A stretch of 63,253 nucleotides of DNA, the filler included. It is 5 parts of 5 records of this genome, joined end to end, with 100 filler letters (N's around TTAATTAATTAA, not from the genome) between each part and the next. Parts side by side here need not be neighbours in the genome. Positions count along the whole stretch, not along the records: positions 33,770 to 40,210 come from SRR2962707_4587; positions 40,311 to 50,428 come from SRR2962707_4589; 3 more parts are not named here. The stretch is one strand, 5' to 3'. The translations under genes and the position numbers were made by a program. Below the pieces are notes generated by a model. It was not told the origin of the DNA. It did no database searches and saw only the letters and a program-made list of their open reading frames with translations. This document shows positions 35,801-47,142 of the stretch, piece after piece; positions within the stretch are counted from its first letter, which is position 1, and each line of letters opens with the position of its first letter.

Positions 35801-38800
35801 TTACCGCCGAGATTGCCTGCGCATCAGCCGGGCCTTTTGATCAAGATTTGTGGAACTGGTCCCCAAATCGTTGCGAATTGGCCCTTGGCCGTTTCGGGCA
35901 CTTGCGCCTTCGGGGACCTGCGGTTTCAAGAACGGAGTCGGAGGAGCCCCGTCGCCGTTGTTGAGGGAGTCCTCATTGTAAAAATATGTTGACGAGTCAG
36001 GGTGTGCTGCAGGTTCTTTGGCAGATCCGAGCACCACTTTTTTGTTTAAGCCCGTGCCATGTAGTCGCTGGTGTCTTCGTTGCCGTTGACGCTCGCGCTG
36101 CCATTTTCGTCGTCGCCACTGCTGTTGCTTTAGTCTAGCACAGTAACGGATAAATCGAGGACGGGTGATGAACCCGACCACTCGTCCACCGTCCAGAACA
36201 TGCGCGTGGTACCTTGATGGTATTGTTGCAGATGTCAAACAAACATAAGAAAACCTCCATATTGCGAGCAGCGCAAGCACCACTCCTTTTGGACGGCCCA
36301 CTTACATGCGGAGCATGTGAACCAAAATATTGATCCGAAAAAGTGGGGTTGACCACGACACCTGAAGTGCCGACAGATCAATTGGCACGGTCAGCAGTGG
36401 TGGCGCCCTATCTTTGGTGTCTCCAGCAAAGTCGCGACTGGCATTATGGCGGTAGCTATTGTAAGATTTCCTGTCCCGTAAGTACTTGACCTGATCCATC
36501 GTCATGTAAGGTCTTACATCAACCCCAGTCGCTGCGATCGGCGTGCGGGCATCACTTCCGTTCAAAGGCGATGCAGACACATCGTCGTCAGCCTCTGTGA
36601 ACGCGTCACGCACTTTCAGCGAGGTCTTGAGACCCGGGGGGAAAGACGTAGAATCCAACGAGGTGGCAACAAGGTGTATGGGCGTGTCATTGCCCTCATC
36701 GTGCTCCTCGGCGGCTAACTGATCGTCGCTGTCTGACCTTGCTTCGCGCAAGCTGGGGTTTTCTACATCGCCACGAGGGATGTGGGATGGGGACAACTGG
36801 TCTGCGAGTGCCGCATCGTGACTTTCCCAACGATCGGTGGCAGCTTCAGCGGTTGCGCCATACGTTGTCGATTTGGTGCTCCATCGGCGACCTTGGGACC
36901 TTTGCATTGCACTTAGCGTCTTGGAACGTCGCAGTCGCGCAATGCGTCGCTGTCCCGCTGCAAATGCGGCATTCTCATCATCAGCATCATCATCTAGACC
37001 GTGCAAGCTATTCTCGAGGTTTTGCAATGCAGTACTGACACGTCGCCGCCCGCGATCTCCGTCACGCTGCTCGTGGTGCTTGGCAGCCATGTACTCCTCG
37101 AAGTCCAAGATCGTATTTACTAAGCTCATTCGCTGAACTTCACCAACTAATATCATTGTTTCAGCGCTTTCCACAACTGAGATAAATTGCACCTCACCAC
37201 CTGCAGTTGCATCTAGAAGCCTGCGCGCTTGTCCAACTGTCAGGGGAGGTATGATAACCCGTGTTGCATCAATGGATTCCATGGCGTCTACCGCACGCTT
37301 CTGAGACAGGCTGTCATCGACTGCCGGAAGCACTGGTAAAGAGTCTAGACTTTGCATAAGCTCGTATACAGACGGACTGATGCCATCAGCCACAAAATAT
37401 GCCGTGAGAACGCACACGGCCACTGGCAACTGCAAGTACAGGCTGCCAGTTAGCTCCATCACAATAATCACGGTAGAAATCGTTCGTGTGGTTGCACCTG
37501 CAAACGCCGCAGCACCGAGGATGGCGTATTCAGCTGCGCTAATCTCCGAAAATGCCGCAGAAACGGCACCGTCTAGGCCGGTGATGTTTGTGCCGGAAAG
37601 TGCAGTAGTGATAGCTGCAGACATGCTTGTTGTTTGAAAATGCACGTTTTGCAGTAGACATGCGCCAAGCACTCCCCATGCACGACCAATCAGTGCACCT
37701 AGAAGGAAAATGGGCGTAAACAGGCCGCTGGGGATGAGGGGCAGCTGGAGAGCGAAAGGCGTCACGAGAAAGCGTGACGTCAGAAAGAGCAAGAAGATCG
37801 GAAGCGTCACCGCTCCATTGCTAAAAAAGAAACCATGGGATCCATTATCGGTTGAAGCTGCAGCAGGAACAAACGTGCTTGGAACAACTTCGAAAGGCTC
37901 GCCAAGCGCTGGACACGAGGTGTTGGGGCCATAACCGTAGGCATTGTCAGGGCTGTAGTTCCCGAAGCGACTCAAGGACGTATTGAAGAGCTCTTGAATG
38001 AGCTGCCTTTGGTCGAAAACAGAAGGGAATCCGTACAAGGCAAAGACAAAGTTCATGGAAAACTGCACAAAAAGAAGAATCACTCCAAGCGTAACCGCCA
38101 CCCAGACACGTCCGCTGGCCACGGGCCGGCAATAACTCCGAGGATAGCATCGCTGCAGCCGCCCGCTACAGCAACGATCCAATCTGTCGTAGCAGTCATC
38201 ACGACGACTGGGCTGACGCGCGTGATCTTTGGCGCTGTACAAGAGAGACGTGTCCGGAACGGCCTTTTCCGATGGGTCAGAAGTCAGTTTGCGTTCCCGA
38301 TGCTGCCGTTTGGCCATGCTCAAAAACCATTTATCCAAGTTTCGTCGCGCGTTTCCAACACGGCGCATGAGCAACGCAAATAGGCCTCCCAGAAGCCCGC
38401 ACAAAGCTCCCAAGAGAGCGGAGGAAATCATGGAAAGATACGTTATGCGCTTGAGGACGAAGTCTGTCTCAAACAGTGCCAGGAGAGCTGTATTGTTGTC
38501 AGAGAGCCACACCAACAACACCTACAGTCACAGCCACAGCCACAGCGACAATGTACAACTCAAGGAAAGGCACCATCAGCAACTCGTCAGCACTATCATG
38601 TTGGGTGTCACGCAGCTTGAACACGCACCCCCACAAGCGCAGACCAAAACATTTGCGGGAGGTCCGATATCTTAAAATACGTCGCGACCACTTCGACGGC
38701 AAACAGTAGTCCCCCAAAAGGTGTTCCGAACGCAGCGACTACGCCCGCCACGCAGGCCATTGCAAGCACACCGTGTCGGCGAACAATGTTGCGGTTCAAG

Positions 38801-39976
38801 TACCTGCCATACCAACCAATAAGTATCAGAGATTATGGTATCAGCACTCGTTTCTGAATGATGGAGCCCAGAACACGGTAAACATTGGTCAAAGTCTTTT
38901 TTTTTCTACATTTGTCTCCAAGACATAATCCTGTACTTCCCCGCCCCATATCTTTCCCCCGAAATCATGCAATCAAGCACGGACCTAAACCATGGAATGC
39001 GGAGAAGGACAGCCGCAATGCAGCACGCGATGTGGACGAAGGGGCCTTCGCTACCCACTGAAATACCAGATGCCACGCTTCCAAGTAACCCAATGACCTT
39101 GGCGCACAGTGTGGGCAACGACAAGAAGCGAGGCAAATAAACGCCACCAAACACGGCCTTCATCCGAGGAATGCCAGAACCTGCTGCTGCTGGTGACACT
39201 AGTGCAGTAACAGCAATTGCCAGCAGCAATGGAACAAGAAAGCATGGAAGGAGGAGGAAGTATGTGCTCGTTGCGGAGAAGGTGTCATCCGGTGAAACTT
39301 CTCGAGCTGAGACGTTGCGGCTGATCATCAATTTTTCAGTTGCGGTCAAAATAAGGTTCAGGACAGCCCGGAAGCCAATTGCCAGGCCCGTGCTTAAGGC
39401 CCCCACCAACACAATGACGGCGAACGTCTTCATCTTGCGTCTGAATAGATGCAAACTCGTGCTGCAGCAGCACGCGCACTCGCCGTCAGCACATTCAAAG
39501 CACGAACAATGCCCGTTATGAGCAGCAGCAGCCGAGCCGCTGAGTGGATCAGCATAATCATCATCGTCCGATCTTGCCCGAATATCGTCTGCCGACAGAG
39601 TGGCTGCCATGTGCCAAAAGTCTTTATGAGATGGGGTGAACGAGTCGAACAGTGACGGAACTTCAAAATCATCATCATCACCACGATCGCCATCGTTGCG
39701 ATGATCGTATTCACTTGCTTCTTCTCGCGCAGCAGTCACACCAGCATTTTTTGTTGTCGCAGTTGCAGAAAATGAGCGGCTCTGCACTCGGCGCTGCGTA
39801 TTCTCGTCGAGCGCTGAAGAAGTAGAAGCAGAAGAAGAAGACGAAGAAGAAGACGGAGAGGCAGAGGGCGTCGACTGCCGGCTCAGCACACGCTCCGAAC
39901 GCTGTGCCGAGTCTGCGCCACTCAGCTCCGGCATGGCGCGCATCTTCTCAGGGGAAGTTGAAGGCTGAGACAACAT
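35801..39976 (-). CDS. CLC-family chloride channel with CBS domains (ClC-1/2-like), 4 exons, ~1264 aa
   Basis: Exons 39976-38985, 38803-38629, 38521-36306, 36212-35801, phase-consistent (donors GTCCGT, GTGCGT, GTAAGT). Motifs GSGIP, GSEGPFVH, FGTPFGGLLFAVEV, GLFTP, MELTG, SPSVYE; CBS2 rebuilt across the last intron (HMLRMYHAHVLDGGRVVGFITR). Confidence 0.88.
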
Positions 39977-40210
39977 CGTTCTTGCTTTCTTTCCTTCTTG
40001 CTTTTCCACTCAGGGAGCACGAGCGAGAGGCTCTCGGGGGTTCGTTCACTCACGCATGCTGCGGGTTTCACGAAGCGGCTGAGGCGCCTTGGGAGGAAGC
40101 GACCCGAGGGCGAGGCTGCGCACTCGGGATGACTGACGCAGCATTGGCCACCGATGTGAACGCAGAAAATGGTTTCGGGTTGCCTTTGTAAACAAGACGA
40201 AACAACGAAA

Positions 40211-40310
40211 NNNNNNNNNNNNNNNNNNNNNNNNNNNNNNNNNNNNNNNNNNNNTTAATTAATTAANNNNNNNNNNNNNNNNNNNNNNNNNNNNNNNNNN
40301 NNNNNNNNNN
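40211..40310. other. Artificial contig spacer
   Basis: 44 N + TTAATTAATTAA + 44 N. Confidence 0.98.
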
Positions 40311-41007
40311 TCATCGCCTCTTCGAGCTGGCGGAAAATGGTGTCGTTCTTGTCTTCCATCAGGCGGATTTCAGTAGCCATTTCGTCGGCGCGGATCAGGG
40401 CGTCCTGCGCATCGGCGACCACTTGATCACGCTCGGCGGCGGTGCGCACCAGTGCATCAGCTAGAAAATCCATCGTAGAATCGTTTTGCGATGTCGCGGT
40501 CTGTGACAGTTCGGTTGCACCGTTGGCCTGCAGCGCTTCCATCTTTTCGGTCAGTTCGGCGCGCTTTTTCATGGTGTCGCGCAGGGTGGCCTGAACCACC
40601 TCGATCCCGGTTTCCATTTCGCTGCGGCGGGTTTCCGAATCGAGCAGTTGCGACTGCATGATCGAGACCTGCGCCAGAGCGGTGTTGAAACGGTCCTGAG
40701 CGGCAAGTGCCTCAGAGGCGCGCGCATCGCGTTCTTTGCTGAGATCGTTGAGGCGTTGCTGATAGGTTTGCTGATCGCGCCGGGCCTGTTCGCGGAAATT
40801 TCCGGCACCGATGCTGTCCATCAGCAGGATAGCGGTGGCAATGATGGTCCAGCCGATGACAAGAGTTCCGCAGGCGGCAATGACAGCCTGAGTTCCAGAT
40901 TTCAGTCGAATGAACCTTGTATCTGAATCAGAGCGCAGAAAAAGCCGACGTTCCGGAAAGTAATGTTCTAATATTGCATGAGTTTTGATCGCGAGTCGCG
41001 TTCTCAC
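40311..41007 (-). CDS. N-terminal (DUF5930/coiled-coil) part of a Rhodobacterales M23 peptidase-family protein, 3' truncated
   Basis: FPERRLFLRSD..TRFIRL, TM WTIIATAILLMDSIG, long coiled coil ending IFRQLEEAM. The catalytic domain is not in the window, so M23 is inferred from family memory. Confidence 0.7.
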
Positions 41008-41178
41008 CAGTTCTGCCCCTTTTGTCCCGTCCCCGTCGCGATGCTCGGTTCCCCGTCCGGCACCTTGCGAAAATTCTTATCGGCATGGTCTCATTCTCGC
41101 AACAATTTTGGACTGGCGGTTCCCTGCGGGCGGCACAATCTCGCTAAAGTGGCAAGAAACCGCCGATTATGCGGGGAA

Positions 41179-42033
41179 TCAGGCATCGTGGCCTTCGGTC
41201 AGGGGCCAGTAGAAATCTGGGGGCAATCCGGCCTCGGCGCGCTTTTCTTCGTTAAAGGGTGGTTTGAGAAAGCCATGGAAGTGTTTGCGGACAAGAGCGT
41301 GAAAGGCGGGTTTGGGGTCGGTGTTGTCGCGCCCGCACAGGAAATGGAACCATTTGGACCCATATGCCACGTGCCCAACCTCTTCTGCGTAGATGGTTTC
41401 AAGCGCTTCGACCGCCTGCGTCGCACCGACCTTTTTGAACAGTGCGATCATGCCGGGGGTCACGTCCAGGCCCCGCGCCTCAAGCACCATGGGCACCACG
41501 GCAAGGCGCGCGTGCAGGTCGTCAGCCGTGTCTTCGGCAGCGCGCCACATACCTGCATGGGCGGGCAGGGCGCCGTAAAAGCTGCCCTCGGCCTCAAGAC
41601 AGTCACACATCAGGTTGAAGTGTTTGGATTCCTCGTCCGCCGCCTTGACCCAGTCGTCGTAGAACCCTGGGGGCATCGGGACATGGGCAAAGCGGGCAAT
41701 GAGATCCCAGTGCAGATCAACGGCATTAAGTTCGATATGCGCCACTGCGTGCAGCAGTGCGATACGGCCCTGCGGGCTACCGGGTTTGCGCTTTGGCATC
41801 TCGCGCGGGTCCAGAAGGGCGGGTGCATCAGGGCGCGCGGGGCGCATCGGCGGTGCCGCCTGCCCAATGGGCGGCAGTGTTCCATCGGCTCGGGCGGCGA
41901 ACCAGCGCGCGGCGTGGGCGCGCGACAGGGCGGTTTTGGCGCGACCGTCGGCGGTACTCAGGACCGCAACTGCCATATCACACAGGGTCATTCCGGGCTG
42001 GGACGTCGTTAGATCTGTCAAAGTCGGGGTCAC
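41179..42033 (-). CDS. Ferritin-like DUF455 protein
   Basis: LLHAVAHIELNAVDL, EESKHF, VPMVLEARGLDVTP, EEVGHVAYG.KWF. Start either GTG 42033 (overlapping the bcp stop) or ATG 41991. Confidence 0.9.
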   Translation of the reverse strand: MTPTLTDLTTSQPGMTLCDMAVAVLSTADGRAKTALSRAHAARWFAARADGTLPPIGQAAPPMRPARPDAPALLDPREMPKRKPGSPQGRIALLHAVAHIELNAVDLHWDLIARFAHVPMPPGFYDDWVKAADEESKHFNLMCDCLEAEGSFYGALPAHAGMWRAAEDTADDLHARLAVVPMVLEARGLDVTPGMIALFKKVGATQAVEALETIYAEEVGHVAYGSKWFHFLCGRDNTDPKPAFHALVRKHFHGFLKPPFNEEKRAEAGLPPDFYWPLTEGHDA

Positions 42034-42491
42034 AGTGTTTTGACGTAAGCGAGCACATTTTCGGCGTGGCCGGGGACCTTCACCTTGGGCCATGTCTTGG
42101 CGATGTTGCCCAGTGCATCGATCAGGATTGTGGTGCGCTCGATTCCCATGAAGGTCTTGCCATACATCGATTTCTCCTTCCAGACGCCATAACGTTCGCA
42201 GACGTCGGAACTTTCATCCGACAGCAGGGGCACGGTCAGATCCTTCTTGGCCATGAACCGGTCGTGACTTGCTATGCTGTCCTTCGAGACACCATAGACC
42301 TTGACGCCAAGTGCATTTAATTCCGGCAAGAGGGCGGAAAAGGCCTCGTTCTCTTTCGTGCAGCCCGATGTATCGTCGCGTGGGTAAAAGAACAGCACCA
42401 CCGGCGACGGGCGCAGGGCGGAAAGTGTCACCTCATCTCCTCCGGTCGCGGGCAGGGTGAAATCAGGGGCGGCTTGCAAAGGTTCGCTCAT
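42030..42491 (-). CDS. bcp: Peroxiredoxin Bcp/PrxQ
   Basis: FFYPRDDTSGCTKE (peroxidatic Cys), second Cys in DVCERYGVW, GIERTT, VKVPGH. Confidence 0.93.
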   Translation of the reverse strand: MSEPLQAAPDFTLPATGGDEVTLSALRPSPVVLFFYPRDDTSGCTKENEAFSALLPELNALGVKVYGVSKDSIASHDRFMAKKDLTVPLLSDESSDVCERYGVWKEKSMYGKTFMGIERTTILIDALGNIAKTWPKVKVPGHAENVLAYVKTL

Positions 42492-42590
42492 CGGGGGCTC
42501 CCTTGGAATTGTTTGAAATTACAGCGTTTCAGCATACACACACGGTATGAATCGCATGACTCTATATAACGTAATGGGGACCACCTTCCA

Positions 42591-45500
42591 GTGACGGTGA
42601 CGCAAACACCAGACGCGCCGCGACGCCGTGGGGGACGCCGCCGTAAGGCGGGTGTTTGGCTGTTGCTGTCGCTGACGCTGTTTGTCGCGGCCAGCGCTGT
42701 GGGCATCTGGGCGGCAATCGGGCGGCCCCTGACCGCGCCACCCTGGCTGCACGAGCGGTTCGAGGCGCGGCTGGCCAGTGCGGTGCCCGATCTGCGTATC
42801 CGGTTCGGTGCTGTGCGTCTGCTGGTGCAGCGCGACGGTCTGGTCAAGGTGATCCTGACGGACGTGCGTGTGGCGACCCTCACCGGGGTGCCGGTTGTCG
42901 ATCTGAACCAGGTTAGCGCCGGGTTCCGGCCCACGCCGCTGTTGCAGGGCAAAGTCGAGATTAGCGAGGCGCGGATTTCCGGCGTCTTTGCCACGCTGCG
43001 GCGCGATGCCGATGGCCGGTTGGGGCTGGCGCTGGGGCCCGCGTTCGCACAGGGCGGCGGTGCGCCGGATCTGCCCTCACTGGTCGCGCTGGTGGATGAA
43101 GCGCTGATGCGGCCCACGTTGGCGGCGCTGCGGTCGGTTGAGGTGGACGCCCTGACCGTGCGTCTGGATGATCTGCGCGCCCATCGCGGCTGGACCGCTG
43201 ATGGCGGCAGGCTGACGGTGGTGCGCGACGGCGGTCGGTTGCGGATGACGGCAGGGTTGGCGGTACTGGGGCGCGGCGACACCGCGGCCACGCTTGAGGT
43301 GAATGCGGCCAGCGATATCGGGCGGCGCGATCTGTCCTTTGGGCTGAACCTTAATGATCTTTCTTCTGATGATATAGCGGCGCAAAGTCCGGCACTGGCC
43401 TGGCTGCGCGCCCTGCAGGCCCCGATTTCCGGCGCGCTACGCGGATCGGTCGGCGAAGACGGCGGGCTTGGGGTGCTGAATGCGACACTTCAGATCGGTG
43501 CCGGCGTGCTACAGCCCAACCCGCAGACCACGCCGATCCCATTCAGTGGGGCGCGCACTTATTTCACCTATAATCCCGCCACCGCAACGCTGCAATTCAA
43601 CGAGATTTCCGTGGATAGCGCGGTCGGGCAGGCCACCGCCGATGGGACGGCAGTGATTCAAGGGCTGGAAACCGGCTGGCCTCAGGCAATGTTGGGGCAG
43701 TTCACCCTGTCGCGGCTGGTCGCCAATCCCGGCAACCTGTTCGCAGACCCCGTACGTGTCGCGCGGGCCGAAACGGATTTTCGGCTGGAACTGGACCCTT
43801 TCCGCCTGTCCGTCGGGCGTCTGCGGGTCGAGGGTACGCAAACGCCGATCTATCTGCGCGGTGCGCTAAGCGCCGGACAGGAAGGTTGGGATCTGTCGCT
43901 TGACGGGCAGCTGGCTCAAAGCACCCCCGAAGAGGTGGCACGGTATTGGCCGCCGGTTCTGGCGCCCAAGCCGCGTGAGTGGTTTCTGGAACATGTGCAG
44001 GCGGGCCGGGTCAACGACGTGCAATTCGCCCTGCGCAGCGAAAAGGGGGAAAAGCCTTCGGTCTACCTCGACTTCGCGTTTGACGACGCGACATCGCTGT
44101 TCGCGCGCACCCTGCCGCCGGTGACAGGGGGCGCGGGGCAATTCACGCTGATCGACCATCGTTTGTCGGTGATGCTGGAACAGGGCACTGTCACCCCGCC
44201 AGAGGGTGGGGAAATTGACGTGTCGGGCACCACCTTTGCCATTGCGGACACGCGGATCAAACCTGCGCAGGCACGGGTCGAGGTGCAGGCAAGCGGCGCA
44301 GTCACAGCGGCGCTGTCGTTTCTGGATCAGGACCCGCTGAATGTGATGCAGCGCGTGAACAAACCCGTCACGCTGGCCACGGGTATGGCCGACGTCACCG
44401 GTTTTCTGGCGCTGCCCCTGAAAAAGGGTGTGCGCCTGCCCGACATGGATTTCGATTTTCAGGCCAGCCTAATCGATGTGTCGAGCGATGATGTGGTGCC
44501 GGGCCGTGGTGTCAGCGCACAAGCGCTGGGGGTATCGGTCCAGCCGGATCAGTTGCGCATCGCAGGCAAGGCGCAGATCGATGGCGTGCACTTTGACGGC
44601 AGCTGGACCCAGCCACTGGGCCAAGAGGGCACCACCAGCACGGTCTCGGGGCTGGTCACGCTAAGCAACGCCGCCGCGCGAACCTTTGGCGTCGCCTTGC
44701 CCGACGGTATGCTAAGCGGGCAGGGCCCGGGTACACTGACGATGGAATTGGGCCGTAGCAGGGCGCCAGAGTTCCGGCTGACCTCATCCCTGTCGGGTCT
44801 GGGTCTGGCGTTGCCCGCGATTGGCTGGCAGCTATCGCAGCGGGCAACGGCCAGCTTTGAGGTGTCGGGCAGGTTGGGCGACGTGCCGCAAATCGATCGG
44901 CTGGCGCTGGATGCGCCGGGGTTGCGGGCCGAGGGGCGCGTGGTGCTGAACAACGACCGGTCGCTGAACCGCATTGCCCTGTCCCGGGTGCGGGCGGGTG
45001 GCTGGCTGGATGCGCCGGTCACGCTTACCGCACGCGGGCCCAACGCCACGCCTGCCATCAACGTGTCGGGCGGGTCATTCGATTTGCGCTCGCTCCCTGC
45101 ACTGATGGGCGGCGGCGGTGCGGGTGGCGCAGGCGGGACAGGTGGGCCGATCAGCGTGACTCTGGACAGGGCCACCGTGACCAGCGGCATCGTTTTGACC
45201 GGCATCAAGGGTCAATTCACCACCCAGGGCGGGTTTCAGGGGGATTTCACCGCGATGGCGGGTCAAAAGGCGCCGATTTCGGGGCAGATCAGACCGCAGG
45301 CCGGGGGCAGCGGGGTGCTGATCACCGCGCCGAATGCGGGCCGTGTTCTGGCTGGTACCGGCTTGCTCCAAACGGTCAAAGGTGGTGCCATGTCCCTACG
45401 CCTGACCCCGGTGCCGGGGTCGGTGGGCACCTATGACGGTTTGCTCGATATCCGCGAAGTACGGCTTCAGAACGCACCGGTCGTTGGCTCCATCCTCGAT

Positions 45501-45899
45501 GCGATCAGCATTGTCGGACTGATCGACCAGCTGAACGGCGTCGGGATCTATTTCACGGATGTGAACGCCGATTTCCGCCTGACGCCGCAACAGCTGATCC
45601 TGCGCAGTTCCAGTGCGACGGGGCCGTCGATGGGGATTTCGCTGGACGGGTATTACAACCTTGCCAGCCAGGCGCTCGATCTGCAGGGCGTGGTGTCGCC
45701 GATCTATATATTGAACGGCATCGGGTCGCTTTTGACCCGCAAGGGCGAAGGGTTGATTGGCTTCAACTTTACCATCGGCGGGCAGACCAGCGCGCCAAGG
45801 GTTGCGGTCAACCCGCTTTCGGTGTTCACCCCCGGCATGTTCCGCGAGATTTTCCGCCGCGCCCCTCCGACCCCCGGACAGGCGCAGCCCACACAATAG
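42591..45899 (+). CDS. AsmA-like / YhdP-type (DUF3971 + AsmA_2) lipid-bridge protein
   Basis: 1102 aa; N-terminal TM, beta-rich body, YWP...P..REW, C-terminal G.SMGISLDG...GVVSP.Y.LN...GEGLIGFNF...VNPLS..TPGMFREIFR; upstream of queA. Confidence 0.85.
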   Translation: MTVTQTPDAPRRRGGRRRKAGVWLLLSLTLFVAASAVGIWAAIGRPLTAPPWLHERFEARLASAVPDLRIRFGAVRLLVQRDGLVKVILTDVRVATLTGVPVVDLNQVSAGFRPTPLLQGKVEISEARISGVFATLRRDADGRLGLALGPAFAQGGGAPDLPSLVALVDEALMRPTLAALRSVEVDALTVRLDDLRAHRGWTADGGRLTVVRDGGRLRMTAGLAVLGRGDTAATLEVNAASDIGRRDLSFGLNLNDLSSDDIAAQSPALAWLRALQAPISGALRGSVGEDGGLGVLNATLQIGAGVLQPNPQTTPIPFSGARTYFTYNPATATLQFNEISVDSAVGQATADGTAVIQGLETGWPQAMLGQFTLSRLVANPGNLFADPVRVARAETDFRLELDPFRLSVGRLRVEGTQTPIYLRGALSAGQEGWDLSLDGQLAQSTPEEVARYWPPVLAPKPREWFLEHVQAGRVNDVQFALRSEKGEKPSVYLDFAFDDATSLFARTLPPVTGGAGQFTLIDHRLSVMLEQGTVTPPEGGEIDVSGTTFAIADTRIKPAQARVEVQASGAVTAALSFLDQDPLNVMQRVNKPVTLATGMADVTGFLALPLKKGVRLPDMDFDFQASLIDVSSDDVVPGRGVSAQALGVSVQPDQLRIAGKAQIDGVHFDGSWTQPLGQEGTTSTVSGLVTLSNAAARTFGVALPDGMLSGQGPGTLTMELGRSRAPEFRLTSSLSGLGLALPAIGWQLSQRATASFEVSGRLGDVPQIDRLALDAPGLRAEGRVVLNNDRSLNRIALSRVRAGGWLDAPVTLTARGPNATPAINVSGGSFDLRSLPALMGGGGAGGAGGTGGPISVTLDRATVTSGIVLTGIKGQFTTQGGFQGDFTAMAGQKAPISGQIRPQAGGSGVLITAPNAGRVLAGTGLLQTVKGGAMSLRLTPVPGSVGTYDGLLDIREVRLQNAPVVGSILDAISIVGLIDQLNGVGIYFTDVNADFRLTPQQLILRSSSATGPSMGISLDGYYNLASQALDLQGVVSPIYILNGIGSLLTRKGEGLIGFNFTIGGQTSAPRVAVNPLSVFTPGMFREIFRRAPPTPGQAQPTQ

Positions 45900-45920
45900 C
45901 CCGACACGACAGGCCCGCCG

Positions 45921-46973
45921 ATGAAGTTACAGGATTTTGATTTCGATCTGCCCGAACGGCTGATCGCCACCCGTCCCGCCAGCCCGCGCTCTTCTGCCCG
46001 GTTGCTGGTGGCGTGCGGCGACCAGATCACCGATGCGGTTGTGACCGACCTGATCCGCTGGTTGCGGCCCGGTGACCGGCTGGTGCTGAACGACACGCGG
46101 GTCATTCCGGCGCGTCTGTCCGGGCTGCGCCGTCGCGTCGGCCCCGACGGTGAAACCGAGTCGCGCATCGAGGTGACATTGCTGGAACCGCGCGCCGACG
46201 GCTGCTGGGGCGCGCTGCTCAAACCGCTCAAGAGGGTCCGGGATGGTGAGGTAGTCACGTTTTCCGGCGCGCTGTCGGCGACGCTGATCGCGCGCGACGA
46301 CGGGCAGGGTGTTTTGCGGTTCAACCTTGCGGGCGATGATTTCGACGCAGCACTTGCACAGGCCGGGGCGATGCCGCTGCCACCTTATATTGCCGCGCGC
46401 CGCCCGGCAGATGACCGCGACAAACAGGATTATCAGACCGTTTGGGCCCGAAACCCCGGCGCGGTCGCCGCCCCCACCGCATCGCTGCATTTCGACGCCG
46501 CGCTGTTGGCGGCGCTGGAACAGCACGGGGTCGAATTTAGCCACGTGACGCTGCATGTCGGCGCTGGAACGTTCCTGCCGGTCAAGGTCGAGGACGTGGC
46601 CACCCACCGGATGCATTCCGAATGGGGCGAGGTTTCGCAACTAGCGGCGCAGGAAATCATCGCGACCAAGGCCGCAGGCGGGCGGATCATCCCCGTGGGC
46701 ACGACCGCACTGCGTCTGATCGAAACGGCGGCACGGGATGGTTTCGGGCCGTGGCGGGGGGATACGGATATCTTTATCTATCCCGGTTTCACCTTTCGCG
46801 TGACCGATGCGCTGATGACCAATTTTCACCTGCCAAAATCGACGCTTATGATGCTGGTGTCGGCGCTGATGGGTGCCGAACGCATCCGCGCGATATATGC
46901 CCATGCTATTGCGCAAGACTATCGTTTCTTTTCGTATGGGGATGCGTCGCTGTTGCTGCCCGAGGGCAACTAG
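45921..46973 (+). CDS. queA: S-adenosylmethionine:tRNA ribosyltransferase-isomerase
   Basis: [70 protein letters not shown]. Confidence 0.98.
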   Translation: MKLQDFDFDLPERLIATRPASPRSSARLLVACGDQITDAVVTDLIRWLRPGDRLVLNDTRVIPARLSGLRRRVGPDGETESRIEVTLLEPRADGCWGALLKPLKRVRDGEVVTFSGALSATLIARDDGQGVLRFNLAGDDFDAALAQAGAMPLPPYIAARRPADDRDKQDYQTVWARNPGAVAAPTASLHFDAALLAALEQHGVEFSHVTLHVGAGTFLPVKVEDVATHRMHSEWGEVSQLAAQEIIATKAAGGRIIPVGTTALRLIETAARDGFGPWRGDTDIFIYPGFTFRVTDALMTNFHLPKSTLMMLVSALMGAERIRAIYAHAIAQDYRFFSYGDASLLLPEGN

Positions 46974-47142
46974 GGCGCAATTTGCGCGTCCCTACTGCCA
47001 GCGCTGCACCCCGGGCGACAGAGGTCATTGACACCGGCTGCCGCAGGCGTGAAGAGGCCCCCAAATGTCGTAGGTAAGCGGTATTTTCATGGAGGCACGC
47101 CTAAGATGGCGTCAAACCCTGCCAAAGTCATTGGAGTGCGTT

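Noticed and set aside
40978-42012. 344-aa plus-strand ORF
   Set aside because: Antisense shadow of the DUF455 gene in GC-rich DNA.
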